Shown: piece after piece, positions 39,552 through 49,651 of the stretch
How positions within the stretch are numbered: the stretch's first letter is position 1
Layout: every line of letters starts with the position of its first letter
Origin: an uncultured Burkholderiales bacterium
GTDB lineage: Bacteria; Pseudomonadota; Gammaproteobacteria; Burkholderiales; Burkholderiaceae_D
NCBI GenBank assembly: GCA_966211965.1
Contig: CBIHON010000017.1
Span: 3,482-67,481, forward strand
Direction of reading: 5' to 3'
DNA: 64,000 bases
The notes under the pieces: model-generated
Database searches by the model: none
What the model was told of the DNA's origin: nothing
What the model saw: the letters and a program-made list of their open reading frames with translations, nothing else
Position numbers and translations under genes: made by a program

Positions 39552-41057
39552 TTGTTCACCCCTCAATTCATCGCACCTGCCCGCTTCGACGATCCTGCCG
39601 CCGCGCTCGAACAGGTGCGCGCCATTTATGATCTCAGCATCGGGCATCTGCGCGAATCCCTGCAGCGTTTCGTCAACGGGGAAAATCCCGAAGCGCATGT
39701 GCGCGCCTGCTATCCCTTCGTGCGGGTGCATACCGATACCGTGGCGCGCGCCGATTCGCGCTTGTCCTATGGTTTTGTGGCCGGCCCGGGCACCTTCGAA
39801 ACCACGCTGACGCGGCCCGACCTGTTTTCGAATTACTACCTCGAACAGTTTCGCCTGCTGCTGAAGAATCATGGCCGCAACCAACAGGTGCAGTTGGAGG
39901 TCGGCACCAGCGCGCAGCCTATTCCTGTGCATTTCTCGTTTGCCGAACACGATCATATCGAGGGTAGCATGAGTGCCCAGCGGCGCTTGGCCATGCGCGA
40001 CTTGTTCGACTTGCCTGACCTGGCCGCGATGGACGACGGCATCGCCAACGGCACCAAGGAAATCCCGCCTGGCGAAGCACAGCCGCTATCGCTGTTTACC
40101 GCGCCGCGGGTCGATTATTCGTTGCAGCGGCTGCGCCATTACACCGGTACCGCGCCGGAACATTTCCAGAATTTCGTGCTGTTTACCAACTACCAGTTCT
40201 ACATCGACGAGTTCGTGCGGCTCGGGCATGAAATCATGCAGCGCCCGGCTGACCCGCAGGGCGAGGATGCCTATATCGCATTTGTCGAGCCGGGCAACCT
40301 CCTCACGCGGCGTGCCGGTCATGCCGCGCAGCCGGGCGATGCGCTGGGCGCTGCGCTGCCGCGCATGCCGCAGATGCCGGCCTATCACCTGGTGCGCGCC
40401 GACGGCAGCGGCATCACGATGGTCAACATCGGGGTCGGGCCGGCCAACGCCAAAACCATTACCGACCACATCGCCGTGCTGCGGCCGCATGCATGGCTGA
40501 TGCTCGGCCATTGCGCCGGCCTGCGCAACACCCAGCAGTTGGGCGACTATGTGCTGGCGCACGGCTATGTGCGCGAAGATCATGTACTGGATGAAGACTT
40601 GCCGCTGTGGGTGCCGATTCCGCCCCTGGCCGAGGTGCAGTTGGCGATTGAAGCGGCGGTGGCCGAAGTGACCCAGCTCACCGGCTTCGAATTGAAGCGC
40701 GTGATGCGCACCGGAACCGTGGCGAGCACCGATAACCGCAACTGGGAACTGCTGCCGCAACGCACGCCCGAGCGCCGCTTCAGCCAGAGCCGCGCCATTG
40801 CTCTGGACATGGAAAGCGCGACCATCGCAGCCAACGGCTTCCGTTTCCGGGTGCCGTACGGGACCTTGCTATGCGTCAGCGACAAGCCGCTGCACGGCGA
40901 GATCAAGCTGCCCGGGATGGCGAATCACTTCTATCGCGAGCGCGTCGACCAGCATCTGCGCATCGGCATACGCGCCTTGGAATTGCTGCGGCGGCAGGGC
41001 GTGGACAAGCTGCACAGCCGCAAGCTGCGCAGCTTTGCCGAGGTGGCATTTCAATAG
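39552..41057 (+). CDS. amn: AMP nucleosidase
   Basis: 501 aa with an N-terminal AMP-nucleosidase domain and a PNP/UDP phosphorylase-fold catalytic domain (GITMVNIGVGPANAKTITDH). Length and organisation match Amn. Confidence 0.85.
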   Translation: MFTPQFIAPARFDDPAAALEQVRAIYDLSIGHLRESLQRFVNGENPEAHVRACYPFVRVHTDTVARADSRLSYGFVAGPGTFETTLTRPDLFSNYYLEQFRLLLKNHGRNQQVQLEVGTSAQPIPVHFSFAEHDHIEGSMSAQRRLAMRDLFDLPDLAAMDDGIANGTKEIPPGEAQPLSLFTAPRVDYSLQRLRHYTGTAPEHFQNFVLFTNYQFYIDEFVRLGHEIMQRPADPQGEDAYIAFVEPGNLLTRRAGHAAQPGDALGAALPRMPQMPAYHLVRADGSGITMVNIGVGPANAKTITDHIAVLRPHAWLMLGHCAGLRNTQQLGDYVLAHGYVREDHVLDEDLPLWVPIPPLAEVQLAIEAAVAEVTQLTGFELKRVMRTGTVASTDNRNWELLPQRTPERRFSQSRAIALDMESATIAANGFRFRVPYGTLLCVSDKPLHGEIKLPGMANHFYRERVDQHLRIGIRALELLRRQGVDKLHSRKLRSFAEVAFQ

Positions 41058-41059
41058 TC

Positions 41060-41971
41060 TCAGGAAGACAAGGGGATGTTTTTTTGCCCGGCAAACAATT
41101 CGGCGATCCATTCGACGAACACCCGCACCTTGGCCGACAAGTGGCGGTTTTGCGGGTACACCACATGCAGAGGAAAGGAGTCGGTTTGCCAATCGCTCAA
41201 CAGCAATTCAAGCTGGCCGGATTTGAAGTAATCCGTCAGCGCGAAGGTCGGTAGCTGCACGATTCCCAGGCCCGACAGGGCTGCGGTCAAATAGGCGTCG
41301 GAATTGTTCACCGCGATCGGGCCGTTCAGGGCGAGTTGGATACGTTCGCCATCTTTGCTGAAATCCCAGTCGAAAATCCTGCCGGTCTTCGAGGAAAAGT
41401 AATTCACGCATCGATGCCCGGTCAATTCGCGCGGATGCGCCGGGCGGCCGTAGCGTTCCAGGTAGGATGGGGCGGCGCAGGTGACGAAACCGATGATGCC
41501 GACGCGCCGCCCGATCAGGGTGGAGTCGGCCAACTCGCCGCCGCGCACGGCGCAATCGACGCCTTCCTCGATCAGTTCCACCGGCCGGTCGCCGCAGCCG
41601 ACATCGAGCCGGATGTCGGGATACTTTTGAAAAAAATCGCTTAATGCCGGAATGATGATCTGCACCAGGCCGGTTGGTATATCGATGCGCAGCCGTCCGC
41701 TGGGACTGGCCTTGGTAAGCGACAGCGATTCTTCGGTGTCCTTCACATCGGCCAGGATGCGCAGGCAACGCTCATAGTAAGCCGCGCCATCGGCCGTTAC
41801 GCTTACCTGGCGCGTGGTGCGGTTCAATAGCTTGACGCTGAGCGCCGATTCCAGGTTGCGGATCAACGTGGAAACCGTCGCTTTCGGCATTTGCAGGCTT
41901 TCCGCCGCCTTGGTAAAGCCGCCGGAGTCGACCACTTGCACAAACACCTCCATCGCCTGCAATTTGTCCAT
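41060..41971 (-). CDS. LysR-family transcriptional regulator
   Basis: ORF 41060..42055. The internal start is MDKLQAMEVFVQVVDSGGFTKAAESLQMPKATVSTLIRNLE (LysR HTH) followed by a substrate-binding domain. Confidence 0.85.
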   Translation of the reverse strand: MDKLQAMEVFVQVVDSGGFTKAAESLQMPKATVSTLIRNLESALSVKLLNRTTRQVSVTADGAAYYERCLRILADVKDTEESLSLTKASPSGRLRIDIPTGLVQIIIPALSDFFQKYPDIRLDVGCGDRPVELIEEGVDCAVRGGELADSTLIGRRVGIIGFVTCAAPSYLERYGRPAHPRELTGHRCVNYFSSKTGRIFDWDFSKDGERIQLALNGPIAVNNSDAYLTAALSGLGIVQLPTFALTDYFKSGQLELLLSDWQTDSFPLHVVYPQNRHLSAKVRVFVEWIAELFAGQKNIPLSS

Positions 41972-41995
41972 GATTTGAAAAAATAAAAAAGAAGT

Positions 41996-42019
41996 CTCCT
42001 GACAGAACGTTGTCAGGAG
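41996..42019. promoter_or_regulatory. Inverted repeat CTCCTGACA-N6-TGTCAGGAG upstream of the LysR gene (candidate LysR-type operator)
   Basis: A perfect 9-bp-arm palindrome 25 bp upstream of the lysR start, in the divergent intergenic region. Confidence 0.4.
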
Positions 42020-42266
42020 GGTGGCGGCATGATGCGCAACAGGCAAGCGTTTCAATAAGCCGGAATAACTTTGCCATCGGCGGAGCAGGCCGGCGTCAGC
42101 AGCTTCGGTGTTCCAATGGAATGCCTCCTTTGTTTGTGTAGCGTGCTACACAGCGTCAAAGTGGTTGATTGTTCAAATATTTGAACAGTCAATTCCTGTT
42201 TGAGTGATTTATTCAATTATAGAAGAAAGATACAGTTCGCTCATTGGCTGTAAAAAGATCGGACCT

Positions 42267-42443
42267 GTCATGAAATATCGAAATGAAATTGGCGTTTTGT
42301 TTACCGTTGCCTTGATGCTGTACTCGTTGGCGCATGCAGGCGCCAATGAATTACTTTCCTACGGCGGACAGGCTCTGGGTGCCGAAGCCAGCGGTTTCGA
42401 TGCGTTGGCGTTCCAGATCTTCGGCGACTCGGCAGGCAAATGA
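42267..42443 (+). CDS. Possible small secreted peptide (58 aa)
   Basis: MKYRNEIGVLFTVALMLYSLAHA is signal-peptide-like. Its stop overlaps the next gene's start (ATGA). The RBS is weak. Confidence 0.3.
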   Translation, partial: VMKYRNEIGVLFTVALMLYSLAHAGANELLSYGGQALGAEASGFDALAFQIFGDSAGK

Positions 42444-43276
42444 GCGAGGCGGCAAATCCAGGCGTGGTGGCGGTACATGAACTCGCGGTGCAAGGCGCGC
42501 ACGGCACGCTGCCTGCGCGGTTGTATTGCTTGGCCACGGCGTGTGCATCGCGAGCGTCCGGCTTGATCGTATTCTTCCATCAAGGCAGCTTCGTTGCCGG
42601 CAATCTGGACGAAGTCGATGGATTCATGCGCGCGCTGGTGGAGCGGACCGGGCATCGCGTGCTGTCCTCCAGCTACACACTGGCCGGCGAACAGCCTTTT
42701 CCGGCAGCTGCCGAGGATGCACATGCGGTGCTGCTGTGGGCGGCGAAACAGCGCCGCAAGATTGGCTGGGACGGCACACAGATGATCGTCGCCGGCCTGG
42801 AGGCTGGCGGCAATCTGGCGGCGGTTGCCAGCCTGATGGCGCGCGACCGGGGCGGACCGGCCATTGCAGGGCAAATTTTGCTGATGCCGATGCTCGATCC
42901 CGGCCTGACCAGTTGCTCGATGCGCTCGCTGCCCCAGGATCGCGGTGTGGCCGGTGTGGCCGACGCCTGTGCCGCCGGTTATCGCGGCTATCTGCAAAAT
43001 GCGTCGGACCGCATCCATCCGTATGCATCGCCGTTGCAATCGAGCCGGCTCAGGCATCTGCCGTCCGCGCTGATCCTGTCGGCCGAAGACGACCCCTTGC
43101 GCGACGAGGCCGAGCAATACGCCGCCAAGCTGGATGCCTGCGGCGTCAAGACCCGGCTGCGACGCCTGCCGCCGATGCCTCTGCAGAAGCCGGACGCACG
43201 TTGCGAGTGTGCCTGCAGAGGCATGGTCCTGGACGAGATTACGGCCTTCATCGGCACACTGGCTATGCAAGTTTAG
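42440..43276 (+). CDS. Alpha/beta-hydrolase-fold (Abhydrolase_3/HSL-family) homologue with a degenerate catalytic site (probable pseudoenzyme)
   Basis: 278 aa. The oxyanion HGGG is replaced by HQGS. The nucleophile elbow GDSAGG is replaced by GLEAGG (Asp to Leu, Ser to Glu). No HGF-type catalytic His is present near the C-terminus, although the DPLRDE region is retained. Confidence 0.7.
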   Translation: MSEAANPGVVAVHELAVQGAHGTLPARLYCLATACASRASGLIVFFHQGSFVAGNLDEVDGFMRALVERTGHRVLSSSYTLAGEQPFPAAAEDAHAVLLWAAKQRRKIGWDGTQMIVAGLEAGGNLAAVASLMARDRGGPAIAGQILLMPMLDPGLTSCSMRSLPQDRGVAGVADACAAGYRGYLQNASDRIHPYASPLQSSRLRHLPSALILSAEDDPLRDEAEQYAAKLDACGVKTRLRRLPPMPLQKPDARCECACRGMVLDEITAFIGTLAMQV

Positions 43277-43342
43277 TAAAGCACGACGGCGTCCGGCACT
43301 TGTCCGGCGTCCCATTCAATCCACTTTGAAGACGAGAACAAC

Positions 43343-44575
43343 ATGAAAAAAATCTTGAAATCAGCCACCGTCACGCGCGCCTTGCCGGCCGCACTGAGCG
43401 TCCTGGCCGCCGCCGTGCTGGCCGCCTGCGGCAATCCCGCCGCGCAGGAAGTTGCACAGCCCCCGGCTGGCGGACCGCCGATCACCGCGGCGGCTGTGCT
43501 GGAGAAATCGATCGCCGAAACCCAGGAGTTTTCCGGCCGTCTGGAAGCCGTCGAGCGCGTCGAAATCCGGCCGCGCGTGGCCGGCTTCATCACCTCGGTC
43601 AATTTCAAGTCGGGCGCCGAAGTCAAAAAGGGAGAGGTCCTGTTCGTCATCGATCCGCGTCCTTATCAAGCTGAAGCCAGCCGCGCCGAAGCGGCGGCGT
43701 TGTCGGCGCGCGCCAAGGCCGATCACGCCAAGCTTGAACTTGCCCGGGCCGAAAAGCTGGTGGCCGAAAAAGCCATCCCGCAACGCGAACTCGATGAGAA
43801 AGCCGCCAACCTGAAGGAACTCGACGCTACCGCCCGCGCCGCGCAAGCGTCTGCGGAAGCGGCTGCGCTGAACCTGAGTTTCACCCAGGTGCGCTCGCCC
43901 ATCAACGGCCGCGTCAGCAAGGCCGAAGTCACCTTGGGCAACCTGGTCGACGGCAATGCGCTGCTGACCTCGGTGGTGTCGGACGATGCGATCTACGCCA
44001 GTTTCAACGGCGACGAGGATACCTATCTGCGCCTGCATGCATCGCGCAAAGGCAAGCCGGTGGCGGTGCGTATCGGCCTGGCCAATGAAACCGGCTATCC
44101 GCACGAAGGCAAGCTCGAATTCATCGACAACCGGGTCGATCCCGCGACCGGCAGCGTGCGCATGCGGGCCGTCTTCAACAACGCCGATGACGCTTTGGCG
44201 CCGGGCTTGTTCGCCCGGGTTCAAGTCGGCGGCGGCGGGGTCACCAGCAAAGCGGTAATGGTGGCCGAGCGTGCCATCGGCACCGACCAAAACCGCAAGT
44301 TCGTGTTCGTTGTCAATGCGGAAAACAAGGCCGAGTATCGCCCGGTCACGCTCGGTCCGATCGTCGACGGGTTGCGGGTGGTGCAGAGCGGCCTCAAGCC
44401 GGGCGAGAAAATCGTGGTCAACGGCCTGCAACGGGTGCGCCCGGGCGCGCCGGTGACGGCGCAATTGGTGGCGATGGACGCCGATCCCGCGGCGGCCAAG
44501 GAAGGACCGGGTAAGGCCGCTGCCAAGTCCGAGACCAAGTCCGGCGGTAAACCGGACGCGCCGGCCGCGTCCTGA
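43343..44575 (+). CDS. RND efflux membrane-fusion (periplasmic adaptor) protein
   Basis: 410 aa with a lipoprotein signal (LAAAVLAACG), a HlyD/AcrA-like coiled-coil hairpin and beta-barrel domains. Confidence 0.9.
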   Translation: MKKILKSATVTRALPAALSVLAAAVLAACGNPAAQEVAQPPAGGPPITAAAVLEKSIAETQEFSGRLEAVERVEIRPRVAGFITSVNFKSGAEVKKGEVLFVIDPRPYQAEASRAEAAALSARAKADHAKLELARAEKLVAEKAIPQRELDEKAANLKELDATARAAQASAEAAALNLSFTQVRSPINGRVSKAEVTLGNLVDGNALLTSVVSDDAIYASFNGDEDTYLRLHASRKGKPVAVRIGLANETGYPHEGKLEFIDNRVDPATGSVRMRAVFNNADDALAPGLFARVQVGGGGVTSKAVMVAERAIGTDQNRKFVFVVNAENKAEYRPVTLGPIVDGLRVVQSGLKPGEKIVVNGLQRVRPGAPVTAQLVAMDADPAAAKEGPGKAAAKSETKSGGKPDAPAAS

Positions 44576-44611
44576 TAAATCACCTCAGGCACTGCTTGCC
44601 AAGCTGACGAG

Positions 44612-44676
44612 GAGGGACGCAGCATGCGCCGTGCGCACGAATGCGTCGTCATTCATGCTGCGTCCCTCTTTTTTGG
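44612..44676 (+). terminator. Intrinsic-terminator-like hairpin plus T7 run between the MFP and RND pump genes (intra-operon attenuator)
   Basis: GAGGGACGCAGCATG, a 27-nt structured loop, CATGCTGCGTCCCTC, then TTTTTTT. Confidence 0.55.
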
Positions 44677-44736
44677 CAGGCCGTGTTCTTCTCCATCATG
44701 GACGTGCGTAACATCAGTTGACTAACGAGAACCCAT

Positions 44737-47700
44737 ATGAACTTTTCCCGATTTTTTATCGACCGCCCCATTTTTGCGGCGGTCCTCTCGATCCTGATAT
44801 TCGTGGCCGGCCTTATCGCCATCTTCAAGCTGCCGATCTCGGAATATCCCGACGTGGTGCCGCCCTCGGTGGTGGTGCGCGCGCAGTATCCGGGCGCCAA
44901 TCCGAAAGTGATTTCGGAAACCGTCGCCGCACCGCTGGAAGAACAGATCAACGGCGTCGAGAACATGCTGTACATGTCCTCGCAGGCGACTTCCGACGGT
45001 TCGCTGGCGCTGACCGTCACCTTCAAGGTCGGCACCAATGTCGAGCAAGCCGAGTCGCAAGTGCAGAACCGCGTGCAGCGCGCCTTGCCGCGTTTGCCGG
45101 AAGAAGTGCGGCAGATCGGCGTCACTACCGTCAAGAGTTCGCCCAACCTGACTTTGGTGGTGCACTTGTCTTCGCCCAATGGACGCTATGACGACGTCTA
45201 CCTGCGCAATTACGCGGTGCTGAACATCAAGGACCAGCTCTCGCGCATTCCCGGCATGGGCGAAACCCTGTTGTTCGGCGCCGGCGATTATGCAATGCGC
45301 GTTTGGCTCGATCCGCAAAAGGTCGCGGCGCGCGGCCTGACCGCGTCCGACGTCGTGACCGCGATCCGCGAGCAGAATGTCCAGGTTGCGGCCGGCGTGG
45401 TCGGCGCCGCGCCTTCCAAGGATGCCGAGTTCCAGCTGACGGTCAACACCCAAGGGCGCCTGCAAAGCGAAGCCGAGTTCGGCGCGATCATCGTGCGCAC
45501 CGGCGCCGACGGCGCGGTGACCTTGTTGAAGGACGTGGCCCGCATCGAACTCGGGTCCACCGGCTATGCGCTGCGCTCGCTGCTCAACAACAAATCGGCG
45601 GCGGCGATTGCGATCTTCGAAGCGCCGCATGCCAATGCGCTGCAATTGTCGGCCGATGTGCGCGCCAAGATGGAAGAGCTGAAAAAGGATTTCCCGGAAG
45701 GCGTCGACTACAGCGTCGTGTATGACCCGACGCAGTTCGTGCGCGAATCCATCCGCGCCGTGATCCACACGCTGCTGGAGGCGGTCGCACTGGTGGTGCT
45801 GGTGGTGATCGTCTTCCTGCAAACCTGGCGCGCCTCGATCATTCCGCTGGTGGCGGTGCCGGTTTCCATCATCGGGACTTTCGCCGTGCTGCTGGGCTTT
45901 GGCTTTTCGATCAATACGCTGTCGCTGTTCGGGCTGGTGCTCGCGATCGGCATCGTGGTCGACGACGCGATCGTGGTGGTGGAAAACGTCGAGCGCAACA
46001 TCCAGGCCGGTTTGAACCCGCGTGACGCCACGGTGCAGGCGATGAAGGAAGTCAGCGGCCCGATCATCGCGATTGCGCTGGTGCTGTGCGCGGTATTCGT
46101 TCCGATCGCTTTCGTGTCGGGCTTGTCGGGCCAGTTCTATCGCCAGTTCGCGCTGACCATCGCGATCTCGACCGTGATTTCCGCCTTTAATTCGCTGACC
46201 TTGTCGCCGGCCCTGGCGGCCGCTTTGCTCAAGCCGCACGACGCGCCGAAGGATGCTTTGACGCGCGGCATGGACAAGATCTTCGGCCGCTTCTTCAACT
46301 GGTTCAATCGCGTCTTCGGCCGCGCTTCGCATGGCTATGAAAGCGGGGTGAAAGGCGTGCTGGGGCGCAAGACCATTGCGCTCACGGTATATGCATTGCT
46401 GGCGGTGGCTGCGCTGTTCGTGTTCAAGTCGGTGCCGAGCGGCTTCGTGCCGGGACAGGACAAGCAATACCTGGTCGGCTTCGCGCAATTGCCGGATGCT
46501 GCTTCGCTGGAACGCACCGATGCGGTGATTCGCCGCATGTCGGATATTGCGCAGTCGATCCCGGGCGTGCAGGACTCGGTGGCGTTTCCCGGGCTGTCGA
46601 TCAACGGCTTTACCAATGCGCCGAATTCCGGCATCGTGTTTTACACGCTCAAACCGTTCTCGGAGCGCACCTCGCCGCAGCAATCCGGCGCGGCGATTGC
46701 GCAGCAGATCAACCAGAAACTGGGCGCGATCCAGGATGCCTTCATCATGGTATTCCCGCCGCCGCCGGTGAATGGACTCGGGACGATCGGCGGCTTCAAG
46801 ATGATGCTGGAGGACCGCGGCAACGTGGGCTACGACGAAATGTACAAGGCGGTGCAGGCGCTGCAGATGAAAGCTTGGCAAACGCCGCAACTGGCCGGGG
46901 TATTTTCGAGCTACCAGATCAACGTGCCGCAATTGTTCGCCGACGTTGATCGCACCAAGGCCAAGCAGATGGACGTGCCGCTGGCGGCGATTTACCAGAC
47001 GCTGCAGATCAACCTGGGCTCGCTGTATGTGAACGATTTCAACCAGTTCGGACGCACTTACCAGGTCAAGGTGCAGGCCGACGCGCCGTTCCGTTCGCAT
47101 GCGCAGGATATCGCGCAACTGAAGGTGCGCAGCAACAAGGGCGAGATGGTTCCGCTGTCGTCGCTGATGCGGGTCAAGGACAGCTATGGCCCGGACCGCG
47201 TGCAGCGCTATAACGCCTACCTGTCGGCCGACGTCAACGGCGGCCCGGCGCCCGGCGTATCGAGCGGGCAGGCCCAGGCCGCGATGGAAAAAATCGCCAA
47301 GGAAGTCCTGCCCAAAGGCGTGAGCTACGAGTGGACCGAGCTGACCTACCAGGAAATCCTGGCCGGCAATACGATGGTGTTCGTGTTCCCGCTGTGCGTG
47401 CTGCTGGTGTTCCTGGTGCTGGCCGCGCAGTATGAAAGCTGGACCCTGCCGCTGGCGGTGATCCTGATCGTGCCGACCTCGATTCTCTGCGCGCTGATCG
47501 GCGTGAAATTGACGCATGGCGACAACAACATCTTCACCCAGATTGCGCTCTTCGTGCTGGTGGGACTGGCGTCGAAGAATGCGATCCTGATCGTCGAATT
47601 TGCGCGCGAGCTGGAAGACCACGGCCGCAGCGTGGTGCAGGCCGCCTTGGAAGCTTGCCGCCTGCGGTTGCGGCCGATCCTGATGACCTCGATCGCGTTC

Positions 47701-47916
47701 ATCATGGGGGTGGTGCCGCTGGTGTTTTCTACCGGCGCCGGCGCCGAAATGCGGCACGCGATGGGCGTCGCGGTGTTCTCTGGGATGCTGGGCGTGACCT
47801 TCTTCGGATTGTTCCTGACGCCGGTGTTCTATGTGCTGCTGCGCACGCTGGCCAAGCGGCTGGAAGGGCGCAAGCAGGCAACGGCTGGCGCCATCCCTTT
47901 AACCACACAGGATTGA
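44737..47916 (+). CDS. RND multidrug efflux transporter permease (AcrB/MexB family)
   Basis: 1059 aa beginning MNFSRFFIDRPIFAAVLSILI, with the canonical 12-TM AcrB architecture. Confidence 0.9.
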   Translation: MNFSRFFIDRPIFAAVLSILIFVAGLIAIFKLPISEYPDVVPPSVVVRAQYPGANPKVISETVAAPLEEQINGVENMLYMSSQATSDGSLALTVTFKVGTNVEQAESQVQNRVQRALPRLPEEVRQIGVTTVKSSPNLTLVVHLSSPNGRYDDVYLRNYAVLNIKDQLSRIPGMGETLLFGAGDYAMRVWLDPQKVAARGLTASDVVTAIREQNVQVAAGVVGAAPSKDAEFQLTVNTQGRLQSEAEFGAIIVRTGADGAVTLLKDVARIELGSTGYALRSLLNNKSAAAIAIFEAPHANALQLSADVRAKMEELKKDFPEGVDYSVVYDPTQFVRESIRAVIHTLLEAVALVVLVVIVFLQTWRASIIPLVAVPVSIIGTFAVLLGFGFSINTLSLFGLVLAIGIVVDDAIVVVENVERNIQAGLNPRDATVQAMKEVSGPIIAIALVLCAVFVPIAFVSGLSGQFYRQFALTIAISTVISAFNSLTLSPALAAALLKPHDAPKDALTRGMDKIFGRFFNWFNRVFGRASHGYESGVKGVLGRKTIALTVYALLAVAALFVFKSVPSGFVPGQDKQYLVGFAQLPDAASLERTDAVIRRMSDIAQSIPGVQDSVAFPGLSINGFTNAPNSGIVFYTLKPFSERTSPQQSGAAIAQQINQKLGAIQDAFIMVFPPPPVNGLGTIGGFKMMLEDRGNVGYDEMYKAVQALQMKAWQTPQLAGVFSSYQINVPQLFADVDRTKAKQMDVPLAAIYQTLQINLGSLYVNDFNQFGRTYQVKVQADAPFRSHAQDIAQLKVRSNKGEMVPLSSLMRVKDSYGPDRVQRYNAYLSADVNGGPAPGVSSGQAQAAMEKIAKEVLPKGVSYEWTELTYQEILAGNTMVFVFPLCVLLVFLVLAAQYESWTLPLAVILIVPTSILCALIGVKLTHGDNNIFTQIALFVLVGLASKNAILIVEFARELEDHGRSVVQAALEACRLRLRPILMTSIAFIMGVVPLVFSTGAGAEMRHAMGVAVFSGMLGVTFFGLFLTPVFYVLLRTLAKRLEGRKQATAGAIPLTTQD

Positions 47917-47924
47917 GACACGAC

Positions 47925-49382
47925 ATGAAAAACAAACTCTCCTTATCAGGCGTGCAGTTCAAACCTGCGCTGACGGCACTCTTGGCCGCGCTGGTGCTGG
48001 CAGGCTGCGCCACCGCGCCTGAATTGCAGACGCCGAAGATCGATGTGCCGGCGGCCTACAAGGAAGCCGATGCTCAAGCGGCGCGCTGGAAGCCTGCGCA
48101 ACCGGCCGAAGCGCAGCCGCGCGGCGAATGGTGGAAAGCCTTCGACGACGCTGCCTTGAACCGTTTGATCGACGAGGCGGCCTCCGCCAATGCCAACCTC
48201 GCGGCGGCAGCGGCGCGCGTCAAGCAGGCGCGTGCTCTGGCCGGTATCACCGAGGCCGATCGCGTGCCATCCGTCAACGCGCAATTCGGCCCGCAACGTG
48301 CACGGGTATCCGATGTCTCGCTCGGTTTGCCGCAAGGCACGGCAATTGCGCCCGCCACCGCATGGCAGGCCAAACTCAGCGCCAGTTACGAGGTGGATTT
48401 GTTCGGCCGCGTGGCCGGCAGCGTCAATGCCGCGCGAGCCGATGCCGCTGCCAGCGAAGCCTTGTACCGCTCGGTGCTGCTGGCCTTGCAAGCCGACGTC
48501 GCACAGACGTATTTCCGCTTGCGCGGCGCCGACGCCGAACAGGCGTTGCTGGACGAAACGGTACGCTTGCGCGAGGAAAACGTGCGCATCAACCAGCGTC
48601 GCTACGACCTCGGCGACCTGGGAGAACTTGAACTGGAACGCGCCAAGACCGAGTTGGCGACCACGCGCACCGAAGCCCTTGGCGTGCAGCGCCAGCGTGC
48701 GCAGTTGGAGCATGCGCTGGCGGTCTTGCTGGGCAAACCGGCTCCGGCTTTCAACGCGGCTCCTGCACCGCTGTTGCCGGCAATGACGCTGCCCGGCATT
48801 CCTGCCGGGCTGCCTTCATCCTTGTTGGAGCGCCGGCCCGACATCGCCGCGGCGCAACGCGCAATGGCTGCGTCCAATGCGCGTATCGGCGTCGCCAAGT
48901 CCGCAATGTTCCCCTCGCTCAGTTTGACTGCCGCCGGCGGCTTCGAATCGGAGAGCCTGTCCGATCTGTTCAACTGGAGCAGCCGCAGCTGGCTGCTGGG
49001 CGCCTTGCTGGCGATGCCGATCATCGACGGCGGCCGCAACCGGGCCAATATCGCACGCAGCGAAGCGGTGCTGGAAGAGTCGGTTGCGAATTACCGGCAA
49101 AGCGTGCTTGCCGCATTTGCCGAGGTCGAAGACAATCTGGCCGGCTTACGCATTCTCGGCGGTCAAGCCAAGGCAACCAACGATGCGCTGGCCGCCGCGC
49201 GCCGTGCCGCCGACCTGGCACGCAAGCTCTATCAGGCCGGTTCGGCGGGTTATCTCGAAGTGCTTGATGCGCAGCGCAATTTACTGGCGATCGAGCGTAG
49301 CGAGGTGCAGCTGCGAGCTAGCCGGGCCACCACGACGGTGGCGCTGATCCGTTCGCTCGGGGGCGGCTGGCAAAGCGAATAA
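47925..49382 (+). CDS. RND efflux outer-membrane factor lipoprotein (NodT/OprM family)
   Basis: ORF 47655..49382. The internal start is MKNKLSLSGVQFKPALTALLAALVLAGC (lipobox), followed by TolC-like repeats. Confidence 0.9.
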   Translation: MKNKLSLSGVQFKPALTALLAALVLAGCATAPELQTPKIDVPAAYKEADAQAARWKPAQPAEAQPRGEWWKAFDDAALNRLIDEAASANANLAAAAARVKQARALAGITEADRVPSVNAQFGPQRARVSDVSLGLPQGTAIAPATAWQAKLSASYEVDLFGRVAGSVNAARADAAASEALYRSVLLALQADVAQTYFRLRGADAEQALLDETVRLREENVRINQRRYDLGDLGELELERAKTELATTRTEALGVQRQRAQLEHALAVLLGKPAPAFNAAPAPLLPAMTLPGIPAGLPSSLLERRPDIAAAQRAMAASNARIGVAKSAMFPSLSLTAAGGFESESLSDLFNWSSRSWLLGALLAMPIIDGGRNRANIARSEAVLEESVANYRQSVLAAFAEVEDNLAGLRILGGQAKATNDALAAARRAADLARKLYQAGSAGYLEVLDAQRNLLAIERSEVQLRASRATTTVALIRSLGGGWQSE

Positions 49383-49651
49383 TAGGAGGGAGGGCGGCCG
49401 ATTTTCTTGCCGATGGTGTCGCCGCCGGACACCCTTGGCAGCCGCCAAGGCGGCTCTGAAGCCGGTTAAGTGTTGTTTGAAAGCAAATATAAGCTTGGCG
49501 TTGCGCCATTTTTGTGAATTAGGCAATAAATTGGTGGTAGGATAGCTTTTCAGCGCAAACAATCCTGTTCAGCATCGTTTCCGCATCGCCGTACGGCCTT
49601 GCGTGTTTTGCAGCTGACATCAATTGAAGTGCAATCATAAAAGAGGAGATA

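Noticed and set aside
44722-47757. 1011-aa minus-strand ORF
   Set aside because: Entirely antisense to the RND pump gene; a low-complexity R/G/H/D-rich product with no domain.
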